A DNA stretch of 64,000 nucleotides from Erysipelotrichaceae bacterium (GCA_015059185.1 SVAY01000001.1:3252-67251), one strand, 5' to 3'; shown: positions 38,982-49,262, counted from the first letter of the stretch. Notes: a model not told the origin generated them from the letters alone. Program-made: numbers and translations.

Positions 38982-40106
38982 TCAGTAATAAGTTCTCACA
39001 GGTGTAACAATTTGGATAATTGAATTATCATTTGGGTTTTTAATCACAAATGGTTTCATCTCACCAATGAATGAGAATTCTACATCTTCACTACCTAAAG
39101 CTTTAATAGCAGAGCTAACATATTCAGAATTAAATGAAATTCTAAGGTTAGAGCCTTCAAACTTAAACACTTCAATCTTATTTACGCCAGAACCTGTTTG
39201 GCTGCTTTTAGCGGAGATTTGAACACCTTCTGCACTCATGTTAAGATCAACAACATTTTCTCTTTCAGTAACTAAGTTAGCTAATCTAATAGCGCTTAAA
39301 ATTTCTTGAGCGTTTACTTGTAAAGAATAGTTGGTAGCACGTGGAACAATATTCTTGGTATTTGGATATTCACCAGCCACTAAAGTGGTAGCAACAACGA
39401 TTCTATCAAAACTAAATAGTGCTTTCTTATCTCCGATAGAGATAGTGATATATTCTTGATTTTCTAATAAGTGATCAACTTCTACCATCATCTTAGCTGG
39501 AATATTTGCAACAAAGTTGATATCATCAGGAATTTTAATTTCTTTCCTTGCCATTCTTGCTGAATCGGTAGCAGTACATGTTAATAAACCGGTAGAGGCT
39601 TCTAAATTAAGAGCGGTAAGAATTAGTCTTTGTTCCTTTAAGGAAGCTGCAAATGCGGTTTGATTAACCATTTCATGGAATTCTTTAGTGGTTAATGTTA
39701 TTTGAGTATTATCTGGTTCTAAATCAACATCGTAATATTCTTCAACTTTAATACATTGAAGTGTCATTTCATTATTACCATTAGAACTGCTGATAGTAAC
39801 GATTGTTTCATCATTAACTTCTAAAATAATTTCTTCAGTTTTAACTTCTCTACAGAAATCAATAACTTTTAAGTTAAGTAATATTGAACCATGTTGGAAA
39901 TTTCTAATAATTTCTTTTTCGTTATAAAAATATGGAACAAGAATTCTAATAGTTAAATCTCTATTTGATCCAGTAACAAATAATCCGTTATCATTTAAAT
40001 CTAATTTAATGTTAGTTAAAGCTGCTATTGGGTTTTTAGCATTGATTGCTCTACTAGCAGTTGTTAATCCTTTTAAAAACTCTTCTCTATTGATTGTAAA
40101 TCGCAT
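38982..40106 (-). CDS. dnaN: DNA polymerase III beta sliding clamp
   Basis: 374 aa. Three-domain clamp pattern; follows dnaA. Confidence 0.95.
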   Translation of the reverse strand: MRFTINREEFLKGLTTASRAINAKNPIAALTNIKLDLNDNGLFVTGSNRDLTIRILVPYFYNEKEIIRNFQHGSILLNLKVIDFCREVKTEEIILEVNDETIVTISSSNGNNEMTLQCIKVEEYYDVDLEPDNTQITLTTKEFHEMVNQTAFAASLKEQRLILTALNLEASTGLLTCTATDSARMARKEIKIPDDINFVANIPAKMMVEVDHLLENQEYITISIGDKKALFSFDRIVVATTLVAGEYPNTKNIVPRATNYSLQVNAQEILSAIRLANLVTERENVVDLNMSAEGVQISAKSSQTGSGVNKIEVFKFEGSNLRISFNSEYVSSAIKALGSEDVEFSFIGEMKPFVIKNPNDNSIIQIVTPVRTYY

Positions 40107-40157
40107 ATTAATTTACTCCTTTTAGTTTATTTTATTTATTAATTATAATTATTAGCC

Positions 40158-40180
40158 CTGTGGATTTTGTGGATAAGTAA
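40158..40180. promoter_or_regulatory. DnaA-box pair in the dnaA-dnaN intergenic region (second oriC module)
   Basis: tgtggattt and tgtggataa (reverse complement of TTATCCACA), adjacent to each other. Confidence 0.6.
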
Positions 40181-40247
40181 CTATATTTCCAATCCTTTCA
40201 TTATTCTAACACACGTTTTTAATGGTGTCTTTATTTTTAATAAAAAT

Positions 40248-41612
40248 TTATTTTATCCTCTTTTGAAGTTGGGTTACCGCCTCTTTCATTTCAGGGTTAG
40301 TTTTCAACTCGTTTTCCACATGTTTGATAGCGTGCATAATGGTTGTGTGATCCTTCCCACCGAACATTGTTCCTATTTTTGTAAGTGGTACGTCTAATTC
40401 TTGCCTGATTAAATAAATGGCGATATGTCTAGCTAAGGCAATTTGACCAGTTCTAATCTTTCCAGTGATTTGGGAGGGGATTAATGAATAATAATCCGCG
40501 ACTGTATTAATGATTTTTTGTTCATTAATTTGGGTTGCGATGGAATTACCACCCACTAAGCCTTGAACAGCTTCTGCTGCAACATCTAATGTTACTACAT
40601 CAGTATTAGTTAAATTAACAATATGGAAAATTAACCTATTTAATGCCCCCTCAAGTTCACGAACATTCTTGGAAAATTTCTCTGCAAAGAAATATAATAC
40701 TGACTCGTCAAATTTAGACAAATCTAAACCGTTAGATTCAATCTTCTTTTCTAAGATTTGGACACATGTATTTTGATCTGGTTCTTTAATAGATATAACT
40801 AAACCTTGATTGAATCTAGATACAAGTCTATCTTCTAAATCGCTAATTTCATTAGGTTGCTTATCTGATGTGATAACAATCTGTTTACCGTTATTCACCA
40901 TTTTCTCATAAATCGAGAAGAACATTTCTTGTGTTTTTGGTTTCTTACTTAAAAATTGTACATCATCAAACAATAATACATCGTAAGAACTAACATAATC
41001 TTTAAGTGGTTCAGCCTCTTGTTCACCACGTGAATATTTAACATACTCTTCTACAAACGTTTGAGCGGATGTATAAAGTATTTTAGTGTTTGGGTTGCCT
41101 TCATTTAAGATATAGTTACCAATCGCGTGTAATAAGTGTGTTTTACCAAGTCCTGAATTAGAGTGAATGTATAACACTTTAAACATCTTTCCTGGGTTTC
41201 TTGCGACAAGTAAGGCAGCTTGAGAAGCTTCTCTATTAAACGGACCAACCACAAATGAATCAAATGTGAGACTAGAATTTAAACTAGAATCTTTAAAATA
41301 TTCTTGCTTCTTAACAGATGGAGTGGCGGTTGCTGTCCCGCTTTGAATTTCGCTAGCTTGGATAAATAGTAATTTAAAGTTAGTTTCTGTTAATTCTAAA
41401 ACAACATCGCTGATAAGATCATAATATTTAGTTCTCATTAATTGTACTGCTAAAGCAGAATTAACAATCACAGTGATAGTTTCACCATTAATTTGGTAGA
41501 TATAAGAATCCTCAAAGAAAGAGTCGAAAATCTTATCCTCAGATAATCTTTCCTTTATTTTTAATAAAGCTTTGTCCCATAATTGGGTTATTTCTGATAA
41601 GGTATTAATCAT
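40248..41612 (-). CDS. dnaA: Chromosomal replication initiator protein DnaA
   Basis: 454 aa. AAA+ Walker A GNSGLGKTHL. C-terminal DNA-binding domain (KDHTTIMHA). Confidence 0.97.
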   Translation of the reverse strand: MINTLSEITQLWDKALLKIKERLSEDKIFDSFFEDSYIYQINGETITVIVNSALAVQLMRTKYYDLISDVVLELTETNFKLLFIQASEIQSGTATATPSVKKQEYFKDSSLNSSLTFDSFVVGPFNREASQAALLVARNPGKMFKVLYIHSNSGLGKTHLLHAIGNYILNEGNPNTKILYTSAQTFVEEYVKYSRGEQEAEPLKDYVSSYDVLLFDDVQFLSKKPKTQEMFFSIYEKMVNNGKQIVITSDKQPNEISDLEDRLVSRFNQGLVISIKEPDQNTCVQILEKKIESNGLDLSKFDESVLYFFAEKFSKNVRELEGALNRLIFHIVNLTNTDVVTLDVAAEAVQGLVGGNSIATQINEQKIINTVADYYSLIPSQITGKIRTGQIALARHIAIYLIRQELDVPLTKIGTMFGGKDHTTIMHAIKHVENELKTNPEMKEAVTQLQKRIK

Positions 41613-42060
41613 ACAAACTCCCCCGAGTGTGTGTGCTACTAATTATTAAATAAATAAAAATGCTTTGCAACTTGAAAAATTCAAAAATTAAGTTTTCCAC
41701 ATTTTCTTTATACTACAATACTTTTTTGTGGGTTATTATTGGTTATTAATAACCAAATATAAGTTAAATCATAATACGAAAATATTTATCCACATTTATC
41801 CACAAAATTACGAGTTTTACACCTCTATTATTGGATATTCACAAGTGTAAATGTGGAAAAGTCCTATTATCTTATATAAATAAAGAGAAGGAATGTGGAT
41901 TTCTCAATTTTTTATGTTAACCATGAATAAATATCCACAATTGGATTATTTTTAAAGCGTTTTGTAAAGATTTAGGTTTAATAAATTAAGTTGTTTTGAT
42001 TATTAATTTGACATTTATCTATAAATGAGGGTAAACTTTTCATTGCGTTAGTATCTTAGG
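41613..42060. promoter_or_regulatory. oriC: DnaA-box cluster and AT-rich unwinding region between dnaA and rpmH
   Basis: Perfect TTATCCACA at 41786 and 41796. One-mismatch boxes at 41852 (tgtggaaaa), 41894 (tgtggattt) and 41931 (atatccaca). AT-rich stretch 41990-42050. Also carries the rpmH promoter and RBS. Confidence 0.8.
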
Positions 42061-42070
42061 AGGAACGAAC

Positions 42071-42205
42071 ATGAAAAGAACATATCAACCAAGTAAAGTC
42101 AAACATGCACACAAAGCAGGATTCCGTGCAAGAATGAAAAGCGCTAATGGTCGCCGTGTTTTAGCTCGCCGTAGAGCCAAAGGCAGAGCAAAACTTACTG
42201 CTTAA
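42071..42205 (+). CDS. rpmH: 50S ribosomal protein L34
   Basis: Manual translation: [44 protein letters not shown] (44 aa). AGGAGG RBS. Not in the ORF track because it is under 60 aa. Confidence 0.95.
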   Translation: MKRTYQPSKVKHAHKAGFRARMKSANGRRVLARRRAKGRAKLTA

Positions 42206-42209
42206 TTAA

Positions 42210-42542
42210 ATGAAGAAATTAAATCGTATTACTGAAAACGATACATTTAGTTTAGTAATCAAGACTGGAAAATATCTTAAAAACAACACTTTTAAGGTAT
42301 ATTGTTTAGGAAACAAATTATCATATGTTAGGGTTGGAATAGCGGCCTCTAAGAAATTAGGAAACGCAGTCGTTAGATCAACCACTCGTAGGAAAATAAG
42401 AGCCATTTGTGATCTATTAATTGATTACAGTAGATATTCCCTAGATATAGTAGTTGTGCCTAAAAATATTTTTTTAGAACAACAACATTTGACCAATAAA
42501 AACGAACTAGGGAAATTATTAGAACAAATATTTAAGGACTAA
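42210..42542 (+). CDS. rnpA: Ribonuclease P protein component
   Basis: 110 aa basic protein directly after rpmH. Canonical position and size. Confidence 0.9.
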   Translation: MKKLNRITENDTFSLVIKTGKYLKNNTFKVYCLGNKLSYVRVGIAASKKLGNAVVRSTTRRKIRAICDLLIDYSRYSLDIVVVPKNIFLEQQHLTNKNELGKLLEQIFKD

Positions 42543-42545
42543 AAA

Positions 42546-44066
42546 ATGAAAAGAAAAACAAAATTTGGAATAGCTTTTGCTTCACTCGCGGTTGGAGTTT
42601 TAGCTCTTTCTGGATGTACTTCTTCTTTCTGTAGCACAACCGATAAAGCCCACATGTTAGCGGCTTTTGATAACGGTGTTACGAAGTTTTATAACGCAGA
42701 TGATACATCTAAACCAACAGAAGGATGTTATGAACTTAAACTCGATGGAGTGAGTAATATTTGGTTTTCTTATAGTTTTGCCTATAACAATGGCGGACTT
42801 ACCAAAACCATGGAGACTGCCCAAAAGAATAATGTTTATTATTTAGCAAATGACTGTGAATATTGGGCAAACCTTGACCTTGTTATTGTTGAAAACGCTA
42901 TTAAAGAAAGTAAAAGAACAATTTCTTCAGTTGATGAAATGAGTGCTTTATTAACCGATTATGGTTATTTAAGATTCTCTTCCACCACCGAAGATAATAA
43001 GTTATGGGATAACTGGTCAAGTTATACTTACCAAGCCGAAACCAATTACCACAAGTATAGTAATGATGGAATGTATGGCATGGAATATGATGTTAGTAAA
43101 CTTCCAACATCAGACTTTATAAAAATTTATAAAGCCACTATGGAGGGTGCTATAAATAACTACCGTGGTTGTATTACAACCAATACTGGAAAATATGGAT
43201 ATTTTGGTTGGGATACACTTAAAACCCCAGTCGAAATTGAAGCTAAGAGTTATCAATACGGATGGAGTAAAGGCTTCTTTGAAGGTTTACTTGTTTATCC
43301 AATTGGAGCGTTAATCGATGTGATGTGTAATGCCTTTATTGGATTAGGTAACGGATTATACGGCACCAACGGTTGGGCACAACTCTTAACCATCGTCCTT
43401 GTAACTTTAATCGTGAGAGTCTTTATGTTCGCGGTGTCATTTAAGTCAACACTTAATAATGCAAAGATGACTGAATTACAACCTCAACTTGCTAAGATTC
43501 AAGCTAAATATCCTAACGCAAATACAAATCAAAGTGAAAAAGCTAGAATGGCTGATGAAATGAACAAACTTTATAAAAAGAATCACATCAATCCATTCTC
43601 ATCATTACTTGTAATGATTGTTCAATTCCCTATCTTCATCTGTGTGTGGGGCGCTTTAATTGGATCTGCTTGGTTATCAACCGGTCAATTCTTAGGAATG
43701 AACTTCACTGATTCTATCTCATCCATTTTATTCAATGGTTCTAACTGGGCGAACGGATCTGCTTGGACCGCGTTAGTGTTATTTATCTTAATGTCTGGCG
43801 CTCAAGTGGTATCTATGCTCTTACCACAATGGATGCAAAAGAGAAAACAAAAGAAAGTTGCTAAGCTTGGTAAAAACCCAGCTCAAACTCAACAAAATCG
43901 TACTATGAAGATTGTGACATATGTGATGATGATTATGATTATCTTCATGGGCTTCACTTTAGCCTCTGCTATGGGTGTCTATTGGTTTATTGGTGCTTTA
44001 ATCTCCATTCTCCAAACCCTTGTTACACAAGCCATCATCTCTCACCAATCAAAGGAGAAAAGATAA
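42546..44066 (+). CDS. yidC: YidC/Oxa1 family membrane protein insertase, long form with lipoprotein-type N-terminus and large extracytoplasmic domain
   Basis: 506 aa. Signal/lipobox LALSGCTSS, roughly 250-aa hydrophilic domain, then the conserved 5-TM insertase core and a basic C-tail (KRKQKKVAKLGK). Confidence 0.85.
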   Translation: MKRKTKFGIAFASLAVGVLALSGCTSSFCSTTDKAHMLAAFDNGVTKFYNADDTSKPTEGCYELKLDGVSNIWFSYSFAYNNGGLTKTMETAQKNNVYYLANDCEYWANLDLVIVENAIKESKRTISSVDEMSALLTDYGYLRFSSTTEDNKLWDNWSSYTYQAETNYHKYSNDGMYGMEYDVSKLPTSDFIKIYKATMEGAINNYRGCITTNTGKYGYFGWDTLKTPVEIEAKSYQYGWSKGFFEGLLVYPIGALIDVMCNAFIGLGNGLYGTNGWAQLLTIVLVTLIVRVFMFAVSFKSTLNNAKMTELQPQLAKIQAKYPNANTNQSEKARMADEMNKLYKKNHINPFSSLLVMIVQFPIFICVWGALIGSAWLSTGQFLGMNFTDSISSILFNGSNWANGSAWTALVLFILMSGAQVVSMLLPQWMQKRKQKKVAKLGKNPAQTQQNRTMKIVTYVMMIMIIFMGFTLASAMGVYWFIGALISILQTLVTQAIISHQSKEKR

Positions 44067-44067
44067 T

Positions 44068-44667
44068 ATGAAAAACTATATGGGAAAAACAGTGGAAGAA
44101 GCTGTTAGTCTTGCAGTAGAAGAACTTCAAATTCCTGAAGCTCAACTTATCTACAGTGTGCAAGATAAGAAAAAAGGACTATTTTCAAAGAAAGTCGTTA
44201 TCGACGTCTATGAAATGAGTGATATTGTAAGATTCGCTGAAGATTATATCTTAGGTGTTATTGATTCATTCGGAATTGAATCTAGTGTTAAGACTAGATT
44301 AGATGATGATATTATCCATATCACCATTGATAGCACCCACAACCCAATCTTAATTGGTAAAAACGGTGTCACCCTTCAAGCGTTAAATGAACTCGCTAAA
44401 CTAGCGGTGAATAATCGTTTCAAGAGAAGATTTAGAATCTTGCTTGATATCAACGGTTATAAGAATAAGAAATATTTCACTTTAGAAAAGCAAGCAAGAA
44501 GATTTGCTCACGAAGTGCAAAAGAGTAAAGAAACATATACCTTCGCTCCAATGCCAGCAGATGAAAGAAGAGCAATTCACCAAGCTTGTAGTAATATGCC
44601 TCACATCAAAACTGAAAGTACTGGTGAAGGTACCCACCGTCAAGTTCAAATCATTTACGTTGATTAA
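44068..44667 (+). CDS. khpB: Jag/KhpB-family RNA-binding protein (KH and R3H domains)
   Basis: Roughly 199 aa from ATG 44068 (AAAGGAG RBS). Conserved position after yidC. Confidence 0.8.
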   Translation: MKNYMGKTVEEAVSLAVEELQIPEAQLIYSVQDKKKGLFSKKVVIDVYEMSDIVRFAEDYILGVIDSFGIESSVKTRLDDDIIHITIDSTHNPILIGKNGVTLQALNELAKLAVNNRFKRRFRILLDINGYKNKKYFTLEKQARRFAHEVQKSKETYTFAPMPADERRAIHQACSNMPHIKTESTGEGTHRQVQIIYVD

Positions 44668-44670
44668 TTT

Positions 44671-44692
44671 AAGGCGCCTTCGGGCGCTTTTT
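44671..44692 (+). terminator. Terminator after jag
   Basis: aaggcgccttcgggcgcttttt. Confidence 0.65.
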
Positions 44693-44703
44693 AAGTCTTA
44701 ATT

Positions 44704-46029
44704 ATGGAAACTATTGTTGCTCTTGCTACCGCTCCTATGAAAAGTGCGCTTCACATCATTCGTGTTAGTGGTGATGATGGTTTTAATATTGTTAATAAAA
44801 TAATTAACAAGAGCATTGGTGAAGTTAATAAAAGAAAACTAATGTTTGCGCGTATCATGGATGAAGATCGTCATATTGATGATGTAGTGCTAGCAATATA
44901 TAAAAATCCACATTCATTTACCGGTGAAGATTTAGTGGAAATTATGTGCCATGGTAGTGTTCTAATTGCTAATCAAATTATAGAATTATTAATTAAACAT
45001 GGCGCTAGACTTGCCACTAACGGGGAATATTCTCAAAGAGCTTACCTCAATCAAAAGATTGATTTAGTGCAAGCAGAAGCAATTAATGATGTGATTAATT
45101 CTATCTCTAAAGAGAGTAAATCTTTATCGATGTTATCTTTAGAAGGTAAGACATCTGACTTTGTAAGAGAAGTAAAAGATAAAATCGCTGACTTATTATC
45201 GCTTATTGAAGTAAATATCGATTATCCAGAATATGAAGATATTGAGGTGGCGAATAAAGAGATGATCATTTCTTCGTGCAATGAAATTGTTAATAAAATT
45301 AACGGATTAATAAACGACGCTCAAAAAGCCAAGATTATTAATGAAGGTATTAAGGTTGCTTTAGTGGGTAAGCCTAATGTTGGTAAATCATCTTTACTTA
45401 ATGCCTTGCTTGGTGAAGAAAAAGCCATTGTGACCAATATCCCAGGTACTACTAGAGATGTAGTAGAAGGTGATATAAATCTTAAAGGTATCACTTTACA
45501 CTTATTAGATACCGCAGGTATTAGAGAAAGTGGAGATTCTATAGAAAATATTGGAGTGAATAAATCTAAAAAGAGTATTGAAGAGGCTGATTTAGTCCTT
45601 GTTGTTATTGATTCATCGTCTAAACCTTCAAAGGAAGATGAAGAAGTGTTAGAACTCACCAAAGATAGAAATAGAATTATTATTTATAATAAAGCCGATA
45701 AAGCCTTGAATAAAAATGATGAAGGTATTTATGTCTCTGCTTTAAATAATGACGTCGAAGCGCTTAAAAAAGCGATTTACGATAAATACGGAATAAATGA
45801 AGAAACATTCAAACGTCCTTCACTTAATAACACTAGACAATTAGGCCTATTAGCAAAAGCTAGTGAAGCACTTAAAAAAGCGATAGAAGATGCTTCTAAC
45901 GACTTACCTGTTGATTTAATTGCTGTTTCTTTAACAAGTGCTTATAGAAGTGTCCTAGAAATATTAGGTGAAGACATGGATATAGATTTATCTAAAGAAA
46001 TATTTAAAAGATTCTGTGTAGGAAAATAA
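44704..46029 (+). CDS. mnmE: tRNA modification GTPase MnmE
   Basis: 441 aa. G-domain GKPNVGKSS, DTAG. C-terminal CVGK (C-x-G-K) motif. Confidence 0.95.
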   Translation: METIVALATAPMKSALHIIRVSGDDGFNIVNKIINKSIGEVNKRKLMFARIMDEDRHIDDVVLAIYKNPHSFTGEDLVEIMCHGSVLIANQIIELLIKHGARLATNGEYSQRAYLNQKIDLVQAEAINDVINSISKESKSLSMLSLEGKTSDFVREVKDKIADLLSLIEVNIDYPEYEDIEVANKEMIISSCNEIVNKINGLINDAQKAKIINEGIKVALVGKPNVGKSSLLNALLGEEKAIVTNIPGTTRDVVEGDINLKGITLHLLDTAGIRESGDSIENIGVNKSKKSIEEADLVLVVIDSSSKPSKEDEEVLELTKDRNRIIIYNKADKALNKNDEGIYVSALNNDVEALKKAIYDKYGINEETFKRPSLNNTRQLGLLAKASEALKKAIEDASNDLPVDLIAVSLTSAYRSVLEILGEDMDIDLSKEIFKRFCVGK

Positions 46030-46030
46030 G

Positions 46031-46804
46031 ATGATATTTGATACTCACTGCCATTTAAACGATCCAGAAATATATAAAGACATTGAACTTCATATTGAAG
46101 AAGCTGCTAAAGTTGGAGTTAAATCCTTTTTAGTGATTGGTTATGATAAAGAATCCTCTTTATTAGCGGTTAAAATTGCTCACAAATATCCTAACTGCTA
46201 CGCCGCGATTGGATTCCATCCAACCGAAATCTTTGATTTAAGTGAAAAAGATTATGATGAAGTGATGGCTTTAGCAAAAGATCCTAAAGTAAAAGCAATA
46301 GGAGAAATCGGGTTAGATTATCATTGGATTAAAGACCCGTTACAAAGAGAGATCCAAAAAGAATATTTTATCCGTCAAATCGAATTCGCTAATTATGTTG
46401 GTTTACCTATTTCGATTCATAATAGAGAATCAACAGAAGATTGTTTAGCGATACTAAAAGAATATCCTCCAGTTAAAGGTGGTATAATGCACTGCTACAG
46501 CGGTTCTATAGAAACCATGAAAGAATTACTTAAATTAGGTATGTATATATCTTTAGGTGGTCCAGTCACATTTACCAATGCCAAAACACCTAAAGAAGTA
46601 GCAGAGACTTGTCCTTTAGATAGATTACTTGTTGAAACTGATTGCCCTTATCTAGCCCCACACCCTCTTAGAGGAACAGTTAATTATCCTAAAAACATCG
46701 CTTTGGTGGTGGATGAAATAACTAGACTAAGAGAAGAAAGTAGAAAACATATCGAAGAAGCGACTTATCAAAACGCGCGTCGCTTATTAAATATCGATGA
46801 ATAA
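46031..46804 (+). CDS. tatD: TatD family metal-dependent DNase/hydrolase
   Basis: 257 aa. DTHCHL N-terminus. Conserved His/Glu/Asp positions. Confidence 0.9.
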   Translation: MIFDTHCHLNDPEIYKDIELHIEEAAKVGVKSFLVIGYDKESSLLAVKIAHKYPNCYAAIGFHPTEIFDLSEKDYDEVMALAKDPKVKAIGEIGLDYHWIKDPLQREIQKEYFIRQIEFANYVGLPISIHNRESTEDCLAILKEYPPVKGGIMHCYSGSIETMKELLKLGMYISLGGPVTFTNAKTPKEVAETCPLDRLLVETDCPYLAPHPLRGTVNYPKNIALVVDEITRLREESRKHIEEATYQNARRLLNIDE

Positions 46805-47330
46805 AAAATATATTCCTGGGGTCATAATTGTAGAAGGAACACATGATGTTTCTAAATTGTCTACGCTTTATGAATCTAATTATGTAGTAACTAATGGATA
46901 TGATATTCCAGAAGAAGAAATAAAGTTTTTAAATGCTTTAGATAAAGATACTCAAATAATTATATTAACCGATAAAGATGAAGCGGGTAAAAAGATTAGA
47001 GAAAGACTTAATAGCATCAAACCTAATGTTATTAATATAGAAATTGAAGCGCCTAATAATAGCAAGAAAAAAGGTGTTGCTGAATGCTCGATCTTAGATA
47101 TAGAAAAAGCGTTAGATAAATATGTTTCAAATAAAGAGGCGGAAAAAGAATATAACCTCTACGAACTAGGGATTATAGGAAAAGATAATAGTAAAGAAAT
47201 AAGAAAAATAATATCAAATAAATTTAACCTAGGTTTAGTAAATAAAAACAACATGATTAAGAGATTAAATTTACTCCATATTAATTTAGAAGAGTTGGAA
47301 AAAGAAATTAAGTATGCAACTAGTAAATAA
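46797..47330 (+). CDS. rnmV: Ribonuclease M5 (Toprim domain)
   Basis: 177 aa. Toprim motif (VIIVEGTHD ... ILTDKDEAG). Confidence 0.85.
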   Translation: MNKKYIPGVIIVEGTHDVSKLSTLYESNYVVTNGYDIPEEEIKFLNALDKDTQIIILTDKDEAGKKIRERLNSIKPNVINIEIEAPNNSKKKGVAECSILDIEKALDKYVSNKEAEKEYNLYELGIIGKDNSKEIRKIISNKFNLGLVNKNNMIKRLNLLHINLEELEKEIKYATSK

Positions 47331-48135
47331 AGAAAGCGTTAAATATTTAATGGAGATTGCTTCTATTAATCCAACTAAGGATAAAGGACAAAACTTTTTA
47401 GTTGAACCTAATATTTGTGAAAATATTGTAAATTTAGCAAAAATTGACGCAAATTCCAAAGTAATTGAAGTGGGACCGGGTTTAGGATCATTAACATATC
47501 ACCTTGAAAATAAAGCTAACAATTTAACAGTTATTGATATAGATGAAAGGGTGATTAATTATCTTTCTAATGAGGTAAAAGAATCAACAAATATCGTCTT
47601 TGGTGATGCACTTAAATATGATTATGATGATTATGATATTGTTATTTCGAATATACCCTACAACATTACCAAAGATTTAATTGTTCATTTACTTATAAGC
47701 GCGAGGAATGCAACTCAATTTGTCTTCATGTGTCAGAAAGAAAACTTCTACCATTTCTATGACACTAAAGGATCTGAATACGGTGCTTCTTCTGTCCTTG
47801 TGCATCTATTAGCTGATATTAAAAAAGCGTTTGAAGTTAATGCATCTAGTTTTGTTCCAATGCCTAAATGTAAATCAACAGTGTTCACTATTATTAGAAA
47901 CAATAATTATGATTTTGATTTAGTGGTGAAGACATATAAGGTTGCATCTAAACTCTTTTTAAATAGAAGAAAGACTATCCTTAACAATCTCTCTAACTTA
48001 ATTAATAAGGAAGAGGCAATCAAAATTCTTGAAACCTTAAATATAGATGCTATATTAAGACCAGAGGAAATATCTCCAGAGAATTTCTATCATCTAACAA
48101 CATTATTAATAGAAAAGGGCTACAAAAATGTATAA
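47314..48135 (+). CDS. rsmA: 16S rRNA (adenine1518/1519-N6)-dimethyltransferase
   Basis: 273 aa. GQNFL, VIEVGPGLG and NIPYNI motifs. Confidence 0.92.
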   Translation: MQLVNKESVKYLMEIASINPTKDKGQNFLVEPNICENIVNLAKIDANSKVIEVGPGLGSLTYHLENKANNLTVIDIDERVINYLSNEVKESTNIVFGDALKYDYDDYDIVISNIPYNITKDLIVHLLISARNATQFVFMCQKENFYHFYDTKGSEYGASSVLVHLLADIKKAFEVNASSFVPMPKCKSTVFTIIRNNNYDFDLVVKTYKVASKLFLNRRKTILNNLSNLINKEEAIKILETLNIDAILRPEEISPENFYHLTTLLIEKGYKNV

Positions 48136-48997
48136 AGCAGCTGAAAAAAGTTATGCGAAAATCAATATCGCATTAAACGTTACCAAAACTAGAGAAGACG
48201 GCTATCATGAATTAGATATGGTTATGGTTCCTTTAAAACTCCACGACTCCGTCCAAATTAGTGAGCTTAAAGGCAAGAAAGATAACTTTGTAGTGATGGA
48301 TGACTTTTCCATTAAATTTGGCCATAAAAATATCGCTGAAGTAGCGTTAAACGCAGTGCTTGATAAAGTTAATATACACGATAAGAAGTTTTTAGTCTTT
48401 ATTCATAAGAATATACCTGTTCAAGCTGGTATGGGAGGAGGGAGTAGTAACGCTGCTGCTACTATGCTCGCTACCAACACGTTCTTAAAACTTAATTTAA
48501 CCAAAGAAGATTTCTTAGAAATGGCTAAACCAATTGGAAGCGATGTTCCTTTCTTTGTTGAATCTAAACCAGCTAGATGTAAGGGTAGGGGAGAAGAGTT
48601 ATCTCCTATCACTATTAAAAACAATTATTATGTACTAATTGTGAAACCAGAAGAAGGTTGTTCAACTAAAGATGTATACGAAAAGTTTGATCTTAAACCA
48701 AACTATAATGCCGCAAACATTGATAATGTTATTAAGGCCTTAGAAACAGGTGATGATGACCTATTAGAGAAATCTATGGGCAATTCCTTACAAGATGTTG
48801 CCTGCGAGCTTGTGCCAGAGATTAAATCAATTGTTGATATGCTTAAATCCAAAGGCTTAAAGATGGTGATGATGACCGGCTCTGGAAGTGCGGTGTTTGC
48901 GTTATCTCAAGATAAGAAATATATGAAGAAATTATTTAAAGAAATAGAAAACCAATATCCTAATTATTACGTAGAATTAACGGAGGTATTAAAATAA
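48128..48997 (+). CDS. ispE: 4-diphosphocytidyl-2-C-methyl-D-erythritol kinase
   Basis: 289 aa GHMP kinase. PVQAGMGGGSSNAAA motif. Confidence 0.9.
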   Translation: MYKAAEKSYAKINIALNVTKTREDGYHELDMVMVPLKLHDSVQISELKGKKDNFVVMDDFSIKFGHKNIAEVALNAVLDKVNIHDKKFLVFIHKNIPVQAGMGGGSSNAAATMLATNTFLKLNLTKEDFLEMAKPIGSDVPFFVESKPARCKGRGEELSPITIKNNYYVLIVKPEEGCSTKDVYEKFDLKPNYNAANIDNVIKALETGDDDLLEKSMGNSLQDVACELVPEIKSIVDMLKSKGLKMVMMTGSGSAVFALSQDKKYMKKLFKEIENQYPNYYVELTEVLK

Positions 48998-49248
48998 TGG
49001 TGCTTATTGTCGATTCATTTGGAAAAAATATTTATATCAACGAAGAACTTGTTGGTTATATTGGTAGAAACGTTTTATTTATCGGTGGAAGAAAATTTGC
49101 AGACATATCAGATGATGGCACTATCTCATATGATGATTTAGAAATCGGATATGTGGATGATGACGGTTCAATCATTGTTAAAGATGAAGAAGTTGGTTAT
49201 GTAGATCCAGATAATAACTTCGTCTTCTATAAACCATTTAAGAAATAA
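48997..49248 (+). CDS. Small acidic protein with three internal E(E/L)(V/I)GY(V/I) repeats, function unknown
   Basis: 83 aa. Repeats ELVGYIG / LEIGYVDDDGSII / EEVGYVDPDNNFV. ATGA overlap with ispE. Terminator follows. Confidence 0.4.
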   Translation: MVLIVDSFGKNIYINEELVGYIGRNVLFIGGRKFADISDDGTISYDDLEIGYVDDDGSIIVKDEEVGYVDPDNNFVFYKPFKK

Positions 49249-49262
49249 TTGTTTAACCAAAT

